A stretch of DNA of 64,000 nt from an uncultured Gemmatimonadales bacterium (GCA_963707875.1 CAVPRU010000003.1:151046-215045), one strand, 5' to 3'. Shown: positions 30,527 through 40,712, numbered from the stretch's first letter. Numbers and translations: made by a program. Notes: a model not told the origin generated them from the sequence alone.

Positions 30527-32217
30527 TCAGGTCCCGGAATCCAGAAGTTCCCGTGCCAGTTCCATCCGGTTCCTCCCATACCCCCCGGTCATCTCGATCT
30601 CCCGGAGGGCGGCGGCGATCTCCGGAGGAATCGGCTCGGCATCATCCCCGACCTTGAGGTGGCTGATCGGGTCCCAGCCCGGGTCGGGGAAGATCACCCC
30701 GGGGTTCATGATCCCCGTCGGGTCGAAGGCGTCCTTCACGGCTCTCATCAGCCCGACAATCTCGGCACCGTACTGCTGCTCCAGGGTGGTGGACCGGACC
30801 CGGCCAACCCCGTGCTCGCCGGCGGTGGTCCCCCCAGCCCGAGCTGGAGGTCGGTGGCCCGACGGAAGACCCGACGGAGCCGGTCTTTCCAGCCGGGCCG
30901 GTTGAGGTCGGGGAGGAGGTTGACGTGGACATGGGCGTCGCCGGCATGGCCGAAGAGCACCGCGTCAACCTCCTCCTCCCGGGTGATGTCCCGGATGCCC
31001 CGGAGGTACTCGGCGAACCGGGCCGGTGGGACACAGCCGTCCTCAATCACCTGCATCGAGCGGCGGCCGTCGGCCAGGCGGGCCAGGATGGGGCTGGCTG
31101 CGTGGCGGATTTCCCAGAGGGTATCGAGCGCCTTGGCCGTCGTCACGGCCCCCAACGCCGAAGTACCAGGGGTTTCGGCACCGAGGGTGGAGGCGATGGC
31201 GGTCCGGATGTTTGTGGCAATCGGCTCGAGGGCAGTCGCGGCCCGGGCAAGCCGTTCGGCTACCAGCTCGGCGCTGCCCTCGTACTCCACCAGCAGGAGG
31301 GCGTGGGCGTGACGGGCGTCGTGCCGATCGGCGTCGGGCACCGTGTCGGCCACGAACCGGAGAAAGGTGTGGTCGAGAAACTCGATCGCGGAGGCGCCTG
31401 ACTCACGGAGGAGTTCGAGGGCCGCGGTGAGGGTGGCGTCGTCGGTGATGGCGGCCCGGAGACCACCGGTGGCTGAAGGAATCGGTTCGAGCCGCAGGGT
31501 CACCTCGGTGATGATGCCGAGGGTCCCTTCGGAACCGATGACGAGATCGAGCGGGGAGTTGGTTTCCAGCCAGGCATCGAGGGCGTAGCCGGCAGTGTTT
31601 TTCCTGACCCTGGGGAATCGGTCGAGGATCTGTGGGGCGGCCTGGCGGAGTGCCGGGGCGACCTGGGCGTTGAACCGCTGGAGCGCCTGGGAGTCGGAGG
31701 TACCGTGGGGCGATCCGGCGTTGAGGGTGCAGACCTCGCCGTCGGCGGTCACCATCGTGAGGCCCAGGATCCAGTCCCTGATCGGTCCATGGGCGAACGA
31801 CCGGGCGCCGGCGGCGTTGGTGGCGGCCATCCCGCCGAGCGTGGCGAACCTGGCACTGGATGGCTCAGGGGCGAAACGGAGGCCGTGCTCGGCGGCGGCC
31901 TGGTTGAGTTGGAGGCAGGTGACTCCGGCTCCGACGGCCGCACGATGTGACTCCGCATCGATCCGGAGATCCTGGAGGGCGGTGAGGTCGAGGGTCATCC
32001 CGTCACCGATATTCCCACCTGCCATTCCTGAGCCTGCGCCCCTGGGGGTGAGAGGGGCAGAGCCCACCAGGGACACAAGGGCACTCAGGGCCTCGATCAT
32101 GACGGCCGACGCAGGCACGATCCGGAAGATCCCTGCTCCCTCGGAGTAGGCGGGCCGCCCGTGCGCGGCAACGATGGCCTCGGGCTGGGTCGGATAGGTC
32201 GGATCAGGGCGCGGCAC
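30527..32217 (-). CDS. FAD-linked oxidase (GlcD / D-lactate dehydrogenase type), split by an apparent -1 frameshift near 30830
   Basis: PRGAGSG, ATLGGM, GSEGTLG and FGHAGDAHVH. Adding one G to the G6 run restores LGGTTAGEHGVG...KDAFDPTGIMNPG. The start is uncertain. Confidence 0.82.
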
Positions 32218-32380
32218 GGGACAATCCCCTGTTCGGCTGACGGCGGTTGGCTGGGCGTCCGGGATCACCCGGAGCGAAGCGGCAGCTGGCCCGACGGGCC
32301 GTTCCTGGTTCCGCGGAGCAATGACACCGGTCCATTCCGCCCCCGTATCCCCCGAGACAGCGCCGGGGTATGTTTGCCTC

Positions 32381-33175
32381 ATGACCGCCCGCCCCAAGGC
32401 CCAGCTCATTCAACTCGAGACCGACCGTCGCCTCGGCCACGAATGGGACGAGTGGGATGGGACCCCGCTCCCGAATGGCGGGAACTTCGATTCCCCGCCG
32501 GCCCTTTTCTTCGTCTGGTCCGCGGGCGCCACCGCGATCGCCCTGGGACTCCTGGCCGGTGCCCTCTTTCTCTTCCGGCCCCACCTGGAGAGCCTGATCC
32601 CGGGGGCCTTCTCCACCGTGACCCTCGGATTCGGGGTGGTGGTCCTCCTGGCCTGGCTCTGGTGGATCCTGTTGACCCTGTCGTTCGCGATCCACCGTCC
32701 TCTGCTTCCCGAACGCCTGGCCGAGCGGGGCCCCTTCCTGCGCCTGATGCGGCTGACGTCGCGGGTGGCCGACGCCTTTGGCCGGCGGGACTGGGTCGAA
32801 AACGCTTCGGTCAAGGTGTTCAACGGACTGGCCACGATGCGGGGCCGCAAGGTCGGCCAGGGCGAGTTGCTCCTGCTGGTCCCCCGCTGCCTCTCCCGCG
32901 ACACCCTGGACGGGGTGCTCGGCATTGCCGGCAAGTACGACGTCCCGGTCTTCGTGGCCACCCGGGGCCAGCTGGCCCGCCGGGTGATCAAGGAACGCCG
33001 CCCGCGCGCGGTCGTGGCGGTGGCCTGTGAACGCGACATGGTCAGTGGTCTGCACGATGTGGCAGGACGGGTGCCGGTCCTGGGACTGACGATGCACTTG
33101 CCGGCGGGGCCCTGTCGAGATGCGGTGGTGGATCTGGCTCAGCTGGAGGACTGGGTCAAGGCGTACGTGGTGTAG
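32381..33175 (+). CDS. DUF116 family membrane-anchored protein
   Basis: Two TM helices, LLVPRCL, VATRGQLAR, AVACERD and GPC. ATG 32381 is preferred because TATGTT lies 6 nt upstream; ATG 32321 is the alternative. Confidence 0.8.
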   Translation: MTARPKAQLIQLETDRRLGHEWDEWDGTPLPNGGNFDSPPALFFVWSAGATAIALGLLAGALFLFRPHLESLIPGAFSTVTLGFGVVVLLAWLWWILLTLSFAIHRPLLPERLAERGPFLRLMRLTSRVADAFGRRDWVENASVKVFNGLATMRGRKVGQGELLLLVPRCLSRDTLDGVLGIAGKYDVPVFVATRGQLARRVIKERRPRAVVAVACERDMVSGLHDVAGRVPVLGLTMHLPAGPCRDAVVDLAQLEDWVKAYVV

Positions 33176-33665
33176 CGCCGGGTTTCTCCTCCACCAGATC
33201 TCCATACTTCAGCGCCAAGGCGCGGAGCACCCCCGCCACCCGCTGGTAGAGGGTGTGGGTCGGGCTGATCGCTCGCTCGAAATCGCGCGGGTCCCTCGAC
33301 GGATCGACCGCACTCCGGTAGACCACCTCGACTGAAACCCTGCTCCAGAACTGGTGGGTCGGATCGACCCAGGCCCGGACCTTGGTCACCGACGGGTTGT
33401 AGACCTGGGCATCCTCCTTTTCCCAGCCCGGAAACCGCATCCACTCACCCTCCAGATAGCCGTCCCGCTCCTCCACTCGCCGGATCAGGAAGCTGTCGGC
33501 CGCCAGCCGCTCGGCGAGGAGCCGGGTCGCCTGTGGCACCTCGAGCCGGACGTCGGTGGTCGAGGCCTCAGGCAACGGGAGAAATCCCGGCCGGGTGGTA
33601 GAGGCCTGGCAGCCGGCCCCGGCCACGCTCAGCAGCAGGGCAAGGCGGCAGACTGTCGGAGTCAT
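33156..33665 (-). CDS. Hypothetical lipoprotein
   Basis: Lipobox-like VAGAGC. ATGA-coupled to the hbd-like gene. Confidence 0.7.
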   Translation of the reverse strand: MTPTVCRLALLLSVAGAGCQASTTRPGFLPLPEASTTDVRLEVPQATRLLAERLAADSFLIRRVEERDGYLEGEWMRFPGWEKEDAQVYNPSVTKVRAWVDPTHQFWSRVSVEVVYRSAVDPSRDPRDFERAISPTHTLYQRVAGVLRALALKYGDLVEEKPGATPRTP

Positions 33666-34546
33666 GCCACCGCCATGGGGCGAGGAGGAGTGACCGAATA
33701 GTCATAGAACCCCCGCCCGCTCTTCCGACCCAGGTAGCCCATGGTGACCATCCGGCGCAGCACCGGCGGGGGTGCGAATTGGGGCTCCCGGAATTCCTGA
33801 TACATCACCTCCGCCACCCTGAGCGCGGTGTCGAGCCCGATCATGTCCAACAGGGTGAGCGGTCCCATCGGATGCCCGCAGCCCAGCTTCATCGCCTGAT
33901 CGATGTCCGGGATGCTGGCGAGGCCGCGGGCCGCCTCCCGCGCGGCATCAATCATGTAGGGCACCAGCAGGCGATTGACGATGAACCCCGGCGTGTCCCG
34001 GGCCGCGACGGCTTCCTTCCCCAGGCTCCGGACAAACCGAAGGGCTCGATCAAAGGTCTCGTCACTGGTGGCCACGGTGCGGATCACTTCCACCAGCGGC
34101 ATCATCGGGACCGGGCTGAAGAAGTGCAGCCCCAGGAACCGATCGGCCCGACCGGTGACTGCCGCCATCGCGGCGATCGGCAGGCTGCTGGTGTTGGAGG
34201 CGAAGACCACGCTCTCCGCGCAGGCGGCGTCAAGAGTCTTCCACAGATCATTCTTGACCGCCAGGTCCTCGGTCACCGCCTCGATGATCAGATCGCACCC
34301 GGTCAGCGCGTCAAGTTCGGTCCCGAACCTGAGGCGACCCAGCGCGGCGGCCCGATCGGCCTCGGCCAGCTTCCCCTTCTCCACAAACTTGGCGGTCGAA
34401 CCCTCGATCCCCTTCCGGGCCCGGTCGAGAAAACTCTGCTCGAGGTCGCGCACCATCACCGAGCACCCCGCCACCGCCGCCACCTGGGCAATACCGCTGC
34501 CCATCAGCCCCGCCCCCAGCACCCCCACCCGCTTGAACTCACTCAT
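33662..34546 (-). CDS. hbd: 3-hydroxybutyryl/3-hydroxyacyl-CoA dehydrogenase
   Basis: GAGLMGSGIA, IEAVTE, ASNTSS, GLHFF, PGFIVNR, HPMGP and GRKSGRGFY. Confidence 0.92.
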   Translation of the reverse strand: MSEFKRVGVLGAGLMGSGIAQVAAVAGCSVMVRDLEQSFLDRARKGIEGSTAKFVEKGKLAEADRAAALGRLRFGTELDALTGCDLIIEAVTEDLAVKNDLWKTLDAACAESVVFASNTSSLPIAAMAAVTGRADRFLGLHFFSPVPMMPLVEVIRTVATSDETFDRALRFVRSLGKEAVAARDTPGFIVNRLLVPYMIDAAREAARGLASIPDIDQAMKLGCGHPMGPLTLLDMIGLDTALRVAEVMYQEFREPQFAPPPVLRRMVTMGYLGRKSGRGFYDYSVTPPRPMAVA

Positions 34547-35379
34547 TTGAGTGCCTTCCTCACTTCCGTTGAAATCATTTCGAGCAACCCTGCGGTGCGG
34601 GGGGGCAGCTGTCGGGACGGCCTTGATCCGGCGCCTTCCGCATGATCGAGGGCGCGCTCGAGCCCAAGCTGCAACCGTTCAAGCACCGGCCGGTAGAGCC
34701 GGGTGATTCCGTAGCCCAGCCCCAGCCAGAGGATGGAACCGAGTGCCACGACCGGCGCCGCTCCAAGTACCAGGGCGACCGCGGTGGCCGCGGCCCCGGT
34801 GGAGGCCACCGCCAGGGCACCTCCCACATAGCCGCCCCGGGTACCCTTGGCACTGGCCGTCAGGTTCACGTGACAGAACCCGGGTTCCAGCGGCGTGATG
34901 GTGGCGGTGACCACGTCGGACCGGAGCAGCATGTACTTGGCCTGCCCCTGATCCTCGAAGGTGGACATTCCGCGCCGAAGGGCCGCTCGCATCCCGCGGT
35001 CCCTTTCCCAGGAGATCCGCCCCGGCTGATGGCGCTGCACCACCATGAGCTCCTGCTTGTCCAGCCAGCCGAGCAGCGCCCGCTCGATCTGGTCCTGGTC
35101 GCCGGCGATGACCCGAACCGCGGTCACTTCGGCCGGACCCACCGTGCGACCCAGCAGGCCTCCCCCAACTGCCTGGGTATCCAGGCTGTGGGACTGATCC
35201 TCCATGATGGCACGGCGGAGATAGGCGGCCGGGATCCCGACTTCCTTGCCAAGGTCGAGGACCTCGTCGGTGGTCAGGCCCTCGCCGAGATCGCGCTCGG
35301 AGGCCTGCAGCTCCGCGGCGCGCTGGAGAATCCGTTCCAGGGCGGGGCGATCGATGCGGGCAGGAGGTCCGGCGGTCAC
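34543..35379 (-). CDS. Hypothetical protein with two C-terminal TM helices
   Basis: Coupled within the operon. It has an N-terminal helical motif (ILQRAAELQ...EVGIP) and a hydrophobic hairpin near the C-terminus. Confidence 0.75.
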   Translation of the reverse strand: MTAGPPARIDRPALERILQRAAELQASERDLGEGLTTDEVLDLGKEVGIPAAYLRRAIMEDQSHSLDTQAVGGGLLGRTVGPAEVTAVRVIAGDQDQIERALLGWLDKQELMVVQRHQPGRISWERDRGMRAALRRGMSTFEDQGQAKYMLLRSDVVTATITPLEPGFCHVNLTASAKGTRGGYVGGALAVASTGAAATAVALVLGAAPVVALGSILWLGLGYGITRLYRPVLERLQLGLERALDHAEGAGSRPSRQLPPRTAGLLEMISTEVRKALK

Positions 35380-36233
35380 GCGTCGGTCTTCTTGACCTTC
35401 TCTTCCGCCTTGAACTGGGGAAGCAGGGCGGCCAGGTCCGGCAGCGGCAGTGCGGCGGGGGTGGCGGCCGACTCCGGGGTGGCGGGCCGGTTGAGGTCGG
35501 GGATGAACGGCTTGATCATCTCGATCGGAATCGGGAAGATCGTGGTCGAGTTGTTTTCGGCGGCGATCTCGACCACGGTCTGGAGGTAGCGGAGCTGGAG
35601 CGACATCGGCTGGGTCGCCATGATCTTGGCCGCCTCCGCCAGGGTCTGGGAGGCCTGGAACTCGCCCTGGGCCGCGATCACCTTGGCCCGCCGCTCCCGC
35701 TCGGCCTCGGCCTGCCGCGCCATGGCCCGCTTCATCTCAGTGGGGAGGTCCACGTCCTTGACCTCGACCGCCGCGACCTCGACCCCCCAGGCATCGGTCC
35801 GGGAGTCGATGATCCCCTTCAGGATGCCGTTGATCTTCTCCCGATCACTCAGCAGCTCGTCGAGTTCCACCTCACCCAGAACCGACCGAAGGGTGGTCTG
35901 CGCCAGCTGACTGGTGGCGTACCGGAAGTCCTCGATCTCGATGACCGCCGCCCCCGGATCGGAGACCCGCATGTACAGTACCGCGTTGACCTTGACCGAG
36001 ACGTTGTCGCGGGTGATCACGTCCTGGGGCGGGATATCCATCGCGACGATCCGAAGCGAGACCCGCTTCTGGGTGGCGAGTCCCGCCGGCAGGAAGATCA
36101 GCCCGGGTCCCTTGGTGCCCCAGTACCGGCCGAGGAAAAAGGTGACCGCCCGCTCATACTGCTTGAGGACCCGAAGGCTGGCGAACGACCAGAGGACGAG
36201 GCCTCCGAGGATGGTAATGATGACCGAGGTCAT
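35376..36233 (-). CDS. SPFH / slipin (stomatin-like) protein
   Basis: [46 protein letters not shown] and LRYLQT. Confidence 0.93.
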   Translation of the reverse strand: MTSVIITILGGLVLWSFASLRVLKQYERAVTFFLGRYWGTKGPGLIFLPAGLATQKRVSLRIVAMDIPPQDVITRDNVSVKVNAVLYMRVSDPGAAVIEIEDFRYATSQLAQTTLRSVLGEVELDELLSDREKINGILKGIIDSRTDAWGVEVAAVEVKDVDLPTEMKRAMARQAEAERERRAKVIAAQGEFQASQTLAEAAKIMATQPMSLQLRYLQTVVEIAAENNSTTIFPIPIEMIKPFIPDLNRPATPESAATPAALPLPDLAALLPQFKAEEKVKKTDA

Positions 36234-36242
36234 GGCAACTCC

Positions 36243-37430
36243 TTACCCAGGGAACGCTTCCACGATGACGGCCGCACCCTGCCCGCCACCGATGCATGCC
36301 GCGCCGAGACCGTACTGCTTCCCGCGACGGCGGAGGGCGTGAAGCAGATGGAGTGTGATCCGGGTGCCAGTCGCCGCCAGCGGGTGCCCGATGGCCACCG
36401 CACCGCCCTCAGTGTTGGTACGGCTCCGATCGAGCCCCAGTTCCTTCTCCACTGCGAGGTACTGGGCGGCAAAGGCCTCGTTGATCTCGACGAGATCCAT
36501 CTGATCGAGGGTCAGTCCCGCCTTGGCGAGCGCCTGACGCGCCGCGGGCGCCGGTCCAATCCCCATGATCGTGGGGTCCACCCCGACCGCCGACCAGGCC
36601 ACCAGCCGACCCAGCGGCTTGGCGCCGGCCGCCTGGGCTGCGGCCTCGCTGGCGAGCACCACCGCTGCCGCGCCGTCGACGATGCCCGACGCGTTGCCCG
36701 CGGTGACCACGCCGTCCCCCCGGAAATAGGGCTTGAGCCTGGCGAGCCCCTCCGCGGTCGTATCAGGCCGCATGTGCTCGTCGCACCCCCAAGGCTCAAC
36801 CAGCCGGGTCCCGGGATTCCTGACCTCCACCGGGATGACCTCGTCGGCAAAGGCACCCGCCGCCCAGGCCGCCCCAGCGGTCTGCTGACTTCGCAGCGCC
36901 ACCTCGTCCACTTCGGTGCGGCTCAGGGAGTACTGCTCCGCCAGCCGCTCGGCGGTCTCCGCCATGGAGAGCCCGCACCCGGAGTCGGTCAGCGCCGACC
37001 AGAGCATGTCCTCCATCGGCGGTGGCGGCCCGAGCCGCATTCCCCAGCGCGCGCCGCGGACGATGTGCGGTGCCGTGCTCATCGACTCGGTGCCCCCGGC
37101 CAGCACCGCCTCGGCCTCGCCCAGGAGGATCCGGTGGGCGCCCTGGATGATGGACTCGAATCCGGAGCCGCACAGCCGGTTGACGGTGACGGCGGGTACT
37201 TCGATCGGGAGGCCGGCCTGGAGTCCGACATGGCGGGCGAGATAGGCGGCGTCCGAGGAGGTCTGGACGACGTTGCCGAAGATGACGTGGCCGATCCGTC
37301 CGGGCGCGAGGCCCGACCGCTCGATGGCCGACTTGGACGCCAGCACACCGAGTTCGGTGGCGGTCCGGTCGCGGAGGGCACCTCCGAACGCCCCGAACCC
37401 GGTCCGGACACCCGAGAGGAACACCACCAT
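36243..37430 (-). CDS. Acetyl-CoA C-acyltransferase (thiolase)
   Basis: NRLCGSG, GGTESMS, NEAF, GHPLAATG and CIGGGQG. Confidence 0.94.
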   Translation of the reverse strand: MVVFLSGVRTGFGAFGGALRDRTATELGVLASKSAIERSGLAPGRIGHVIFGNVVQTSSDAAYLARHVGLQAGLPIEVPAVTVNRLCGSGFESIIQGAHRILLGEAEAVLAGGTESMSTAPHIVRGARWGMRLGPPPPMEDMLWSALTDSGCGLSMAETAERLAEQYSLSRTEVDEVALRSQQTAGAAWAAGAFADEVIPVEVRNPGTRLVEPWGCDEHMRPDTTAEGLARLKPYFRGDGVVTAGNASGIVDGAAAVVLASEAAAQAAGAKPLGRLVAWSAVGVDPTIMGIGPAPAARQALAKAGLTLDQMDLVEINEAFAAQYLAVEKELGLDRSRTNTEGGAVAIGHPLAATGTRITLHLLHALRRRGKQYGLGAACIGGGQGAAVIVEAFPG

Positions 37431-37436
37431 TGGGTG

Positions 37437-38033
37437 CTAGCTCCCAGGGCCGGCGTTCTCGGTGGCTTCCTGCCCGCAGGCCACGCAGTACCGCCAGCCC
37501 GGTTCCATGTCGGCTCCGCAGTGGTCACAGGGCACCATGGTGACGCTCCGACCGCAGGTCTGGCAGAAGTTGATCGCCCGATCCTTGGGCAGCGTCGAGT
37601 CGCAGTGCATGCAGCGCTCCGGCGGCATGGGGAGGGCTTCCGACTCGTGGCCTTCCGACCCGGACCGGGCCAGCGCGACGACCGCTTCCTCGCCCAGCAC
37701 CTTGGCGAGGGCGTTGGGGTTGATCTCGATCGTGGCGTGGGTCTGCCCCGGAATGCCGGAGAGATCGGGGGAAAGGTTGGACATCTGGTTCTGGCACCAC
37801 TCGGCCACTTCCCGGGGGTCGGTCTTGACCAGATCGTCTTCTTCCCCCACCAGACGGATCAGCAACTCCTCGTACTCGTCGCTGCTTTCCAGGGCCAGCG
37901 CCCGCCGGTTGGTCCGGTAGGGCAGGAGATCGCTCTTGATCTCCGCGATGGGGATGGGCCTGGTAATGCGCCCGGGGTCGCTGGCGACCAGATTGCGGAC
38001 AAGGCGGTCCAGGAACCGTTCCAGATCTGTCAC
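37437..38033 (-). CDS. Double zinc-ribbon domain protein
   Basis: Four C-terminal CxxC motifs (CMHC, CQTC, CDHC, CVAC). Confidence 0.8.
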   Translation of the reverse strand: MTDLERFLDRLVRNLVASDPGRITRPIPIAEIKSDLLPYRTNRRALALESSDEYEELLIRLVGEEDDLVKTDPREVAEWCQNQMSNLSPDLSGIPGQTHATIEINPNALAKVLGEEAVVALARSGSEGHESEALPMPPERCMHCDSTLPKDRAINFCQTCGRSVTMVPCDHCGADMEPGWRYCVACGQEATENAGPGS

Positions 38034-38062
38034 GGGGTCCTCGGCGATGAGTATGGTGAACG

Positions 38063-38686
38063 TCAGACGCCGCCGTCGAGCGGAATTCGCTCACCGGCCG
38101 ACAGGCGGCGTACCACCGCGGCGAACGCCGCATCTGGATCATAATCGAGATACTGGCCCTTCGCCCGACAGGCGGCAAACCACTCGTCGAACCCCGACGG
38201 GACCACCCCTTGGGACCCGATCTGCTGCCTCGCGGCCCGCACCGCCAGGTGGTCGACGTACTCGTTCTTGGGGTGCCCCTTGTGCCCCCGGACCCAGGTG
38301 TACTGGACCTCATGCCGGCTGGTCGCCTGCACCAGCGCCTGCCAGAGCTCCAGATTCTCGATCGCCCCCGCCTTCCGGCGCCACCCCCGAGTCATCCAGT
38401 TGGGGACCCATTCCCGAATCCCGCGCACCAGATACTCGGAGTCTGACACGACGAGCACAACCAGCTTCGGGCGCCGTGGGGTGAGGAGCTCCAGGGCCGA
38501 GATGGCCCCGGAGAGCGCCATCCGGTTGTTGGTGGTATCGGGATCGCAGATGAAGAGGTCCCGCCGCTCGATGCCGTCCTTGGCCTGGACCTCTATCAGG
38601 CCCCCGGCCCCACCTGGAGTGAGCCCCTCACGACCGTTCCCCAGACAGCTCTCATCCAGATGGACTACCACCGGTCGAAGCGCCAC
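38063..38686 (-). CDS. rnhA: Ribonuclease HI-family protein (atypical active site)
   Basis: HLDESCLGN, TTNNRMAL, SDSEY, W...GW, NLELW and WVRGHKGHPKNEYVD. Confidence 0.85.
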   Translation of the reverse strand: MALRPVVVHLDESCLGNGREGLTPGGAGGLIEVQAKDGIERRDLFICDPDTTNNRMALSGAISALELLTPRRPKLVVLVVSDSEYLVRGIREWVPNWMTRGWRRKAGAIENLELWQALVQATSRHEVQYTWVRGHKGHPKNEYVDHLAVRAARQQIGSQGVVPSGFDEWFAACRAKGQYLDYDPDAAFAAVVRRLSAGERIPLDGGV

Positions 38687-38687
38687 G

Positions 38688-38912
38688 TCAGCTGCCCAGC
38701 ACGTCGAAGGAGTCGATTTCCGTCAACTCGAAATCGATCGTCTCCCCGGTCATCGGGAGCCACCCGACCAGGATATCGACCCGGCTGTACGTCCGGAGCC
38801 GCCTGGCCACCACCACGTATTCGGAGCCGCGTCGGGTCAGCGCCACCCGCTGTCCATGTTCGACCGCCCGCTCCAGCTCGGCCATCCGGGTCGGGGTCCA
38901 GCGCACCGCCAT
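38688..38912 (-). CDS. Small hypothetical protein (74 aa)
   Basis: Fills the gap exactly between the selD stop and the rnhA start, with GC-biased codon use. Confidence 0.7.
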   Translation of the reverse strand: MAVRWTPTRMAELERAVEHGQRVALTRRGSEYVVVARRLRTYSRVDILVGWLPMTGETIDFELTEIDSFDVLGS

Positions 38913-39983
38913 CTACTCGGCCCGGCGATGGACCCGGAGGCCGAACTCCGCAGACAGCCGGCCCACCACCGCGGCGGTGGTCACCCCGGCGGCACCCAGG
39001 GCCGCGACATAGCCATCGACCGCGTCGGGGGCGAGCGCGACCAGCATGCCCCCGGAGGTCTGGGCGTCCGCCGTCAGCAACCGTTCGGCCTGGCTGACGT
39101 CGGCGTCAAACACCGCGGAACTGCTCTCCAGATTCCGCTCGGTCCCTCCGGGCACGACGCCCTGCCCGGCGAGATGGACCGCCCCGTCCAGCAGCGGGAG
39201 CGACTCGACCCAGAGATCCGCACCGAGCTGGCTGCCGGCCAGGATGTTCCCGAGGTGCCCGAGCAGCCCGAATCCGGTGACGTCGGTCGCGGCCCGGGCA
39301 CCGTGCGCCAGGGCCAGTCTCGCGGCAATGTCATTGAGGGTGGTCATCGTGACCACCGCCTGGGCCAGCCCGGACTCGTCCACCAGACTCCGCTTGAAGG
39401 CGGTGGTCAGAATCCCGGTCCCGAGGGGCTTGGTCAGTACCAGCAGATCGCCGGGTTGCCCGCCGGCGTTGGTCAGCAGCCGGTCGGGGTGGGCCTCGCC
39501 GATGACGGCAAAGCCCAACTTGGGCTCGGGATCATCGACCGAGTGACCACCGAGAATCAGGCAACCCGCGCCCTCCAGGACCCTGGCCGCGCCCCCGAGC
39601 GCCTCGCCCAGCAGGTCGAACGGCAGCTTTTCCCTTGGCCAGCCGACGAGGCTCAGGCAGAACAGCGGCTTGCCTCCCATCGCGTAGATGTCGCTCAGCG
39701 CGTTGGCGGCGGTGATCGCCCCCCAGGTCGCCGGATCGTCCACGATCGGCGTGAAGAAATCCACCGTGGCGATCAGCGCCCGGTCCGGGGCGATCCGGAG
39801 CACGGCCGCATCGTCGCGGGTGGCGGCGTCCACCAGAACGTCGGCGTGGTGGATCGGGGGGAGATGGCGCAGGACCTGCGCCAGGTCGGCAAGGCCGAGC
39901 TTGCAGGCTCAACCCGCCCCGTGGGACAGGTGGGTCAGCCGGATCCGGGGACGCTGGTCGCGGGGTTGATCGCCTGTGGTCAT
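38913..39983 (-). CDS. selD: Selenide, water dikinase (selenocysteine-containing)
   Basis: ATG 39983 gives RLTHLSHGAG-UGA(39909-39911)-ACKL in frame with DDAAV, TVDFFTP, ANALSDIYAMGG, GGHS, TDVTGFGLLGH and DAQTSGGML. Confidence 0.93.
39865..39883 (-). promoter_or_regulatory. Bacterial SECIS-like hairpin in selD
   Basis: TGGCGCAG-GTC-CTGCGCCA is an 8-bp perfect stem with a G-first loop about 33 nt after the UGA. Confidence 0.75.
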
Positions 39984-40016
39984 TATCTTCCCTCGCCCTT
40001 TCCTGCGGAACGCCTG

Positions 40017-40712
40017 ATGGCCGAACTCGTCACCCTTGCCACCGCCTGCCTGCTGGGGTTTCTCCACGCCCTCGAGGTGGATCACATGCTGGCAGTCACC
40101 GCCTTCGTGAGCCGGCGCCCCACCCTGCTGACCGCGGCCCGGTTCGGGTTCCGCTGGGGGCTGGGCCACTCGGTCGCGGTCCTGGCCGCGGGGGGGCTGA
40201 TCGTCGCGACCGGAATCCGCTGGAGCCCCCGGTGGGATTCCGTGGCCGAGGCCGCGGTCGGCGTGATGCTGATCGGCATCGGCCTCTGGTCGCTCCGCGC
40301 GACCCGCAACTTACACGTCCACCTCCCGGCGGAACATGGGGACCACGCCCATCTCCACGTGCACGGCCACGGCACCGAGACCCATGGGCATCATCATCGA
40401 CCAGCCCCGGTCCGGAAACATGCCCACGGCATCACGATGGTTGGCCTGCTGCATGGGATGGCCGGAACCACGGGGGCCGTGGCGTTGCTCCCGGTCACCC
40501 TGATGGACCGGCCGTCGCTCGGAGTGGCGTACCTGGTGCTGTTCGGCTTTGGGGTCACGGCATCGATGACCCTCTACGCAGCGGTGACGGCCCTGGCGAT
40601 GCAGCGCGCCTCGATCGGGTCGGTAAACCTGGGGCAGCGAATCACCCGGGGCGTGGGATGGGCCGGCGTGGTGGTGGGCAGCTGGTGGATCTGGCGCGGG
40701 ATCGGCTCCTGA
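40017..40712 (+). CDS. UreH / NiCoT-like nickel/cobalt transporter
   Basis: GFLHALEVDH, WGLGHS, a His-rich loop (HVHLPAEHGDHAHLHVHGHG) and GLLHGMAG. Confidence 0.82.
   Translation: MAELVTLATACLLGFLHALEVDHMLAVTAFVSRRPTLLTAARFGFRWGLGHSVAVLAAGGLIVATGIRWSPRWDSVAEAAVGVMLIGIGLWSLRATRNLHVHLPAEHGDHAHLHVHGHGTETHGHHHRPAPVRKHAHGITMVGLLHGMAGTTGAVALLPVTLMDRPSLGVAYLVLFGFGVTASMTLYAAVTALAMQRASIGSVNLGQRITRGVGWAGVVVGSWWIWRGIGS

Noticed and set aside
39909-39911. selD as a nonsense-mutated pseudogene
   Set aside because: The UGA falls exactly on the catalytic Cys/Sec column and is followed by a SECIS-like hairpin.
38268-40016. 814-aa ORF 38268..40712 as a single large protein
   Set aside because: Only the part from ATG 40017 has transporter motifs. 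The upstream part is antisense to rnhA and selD.
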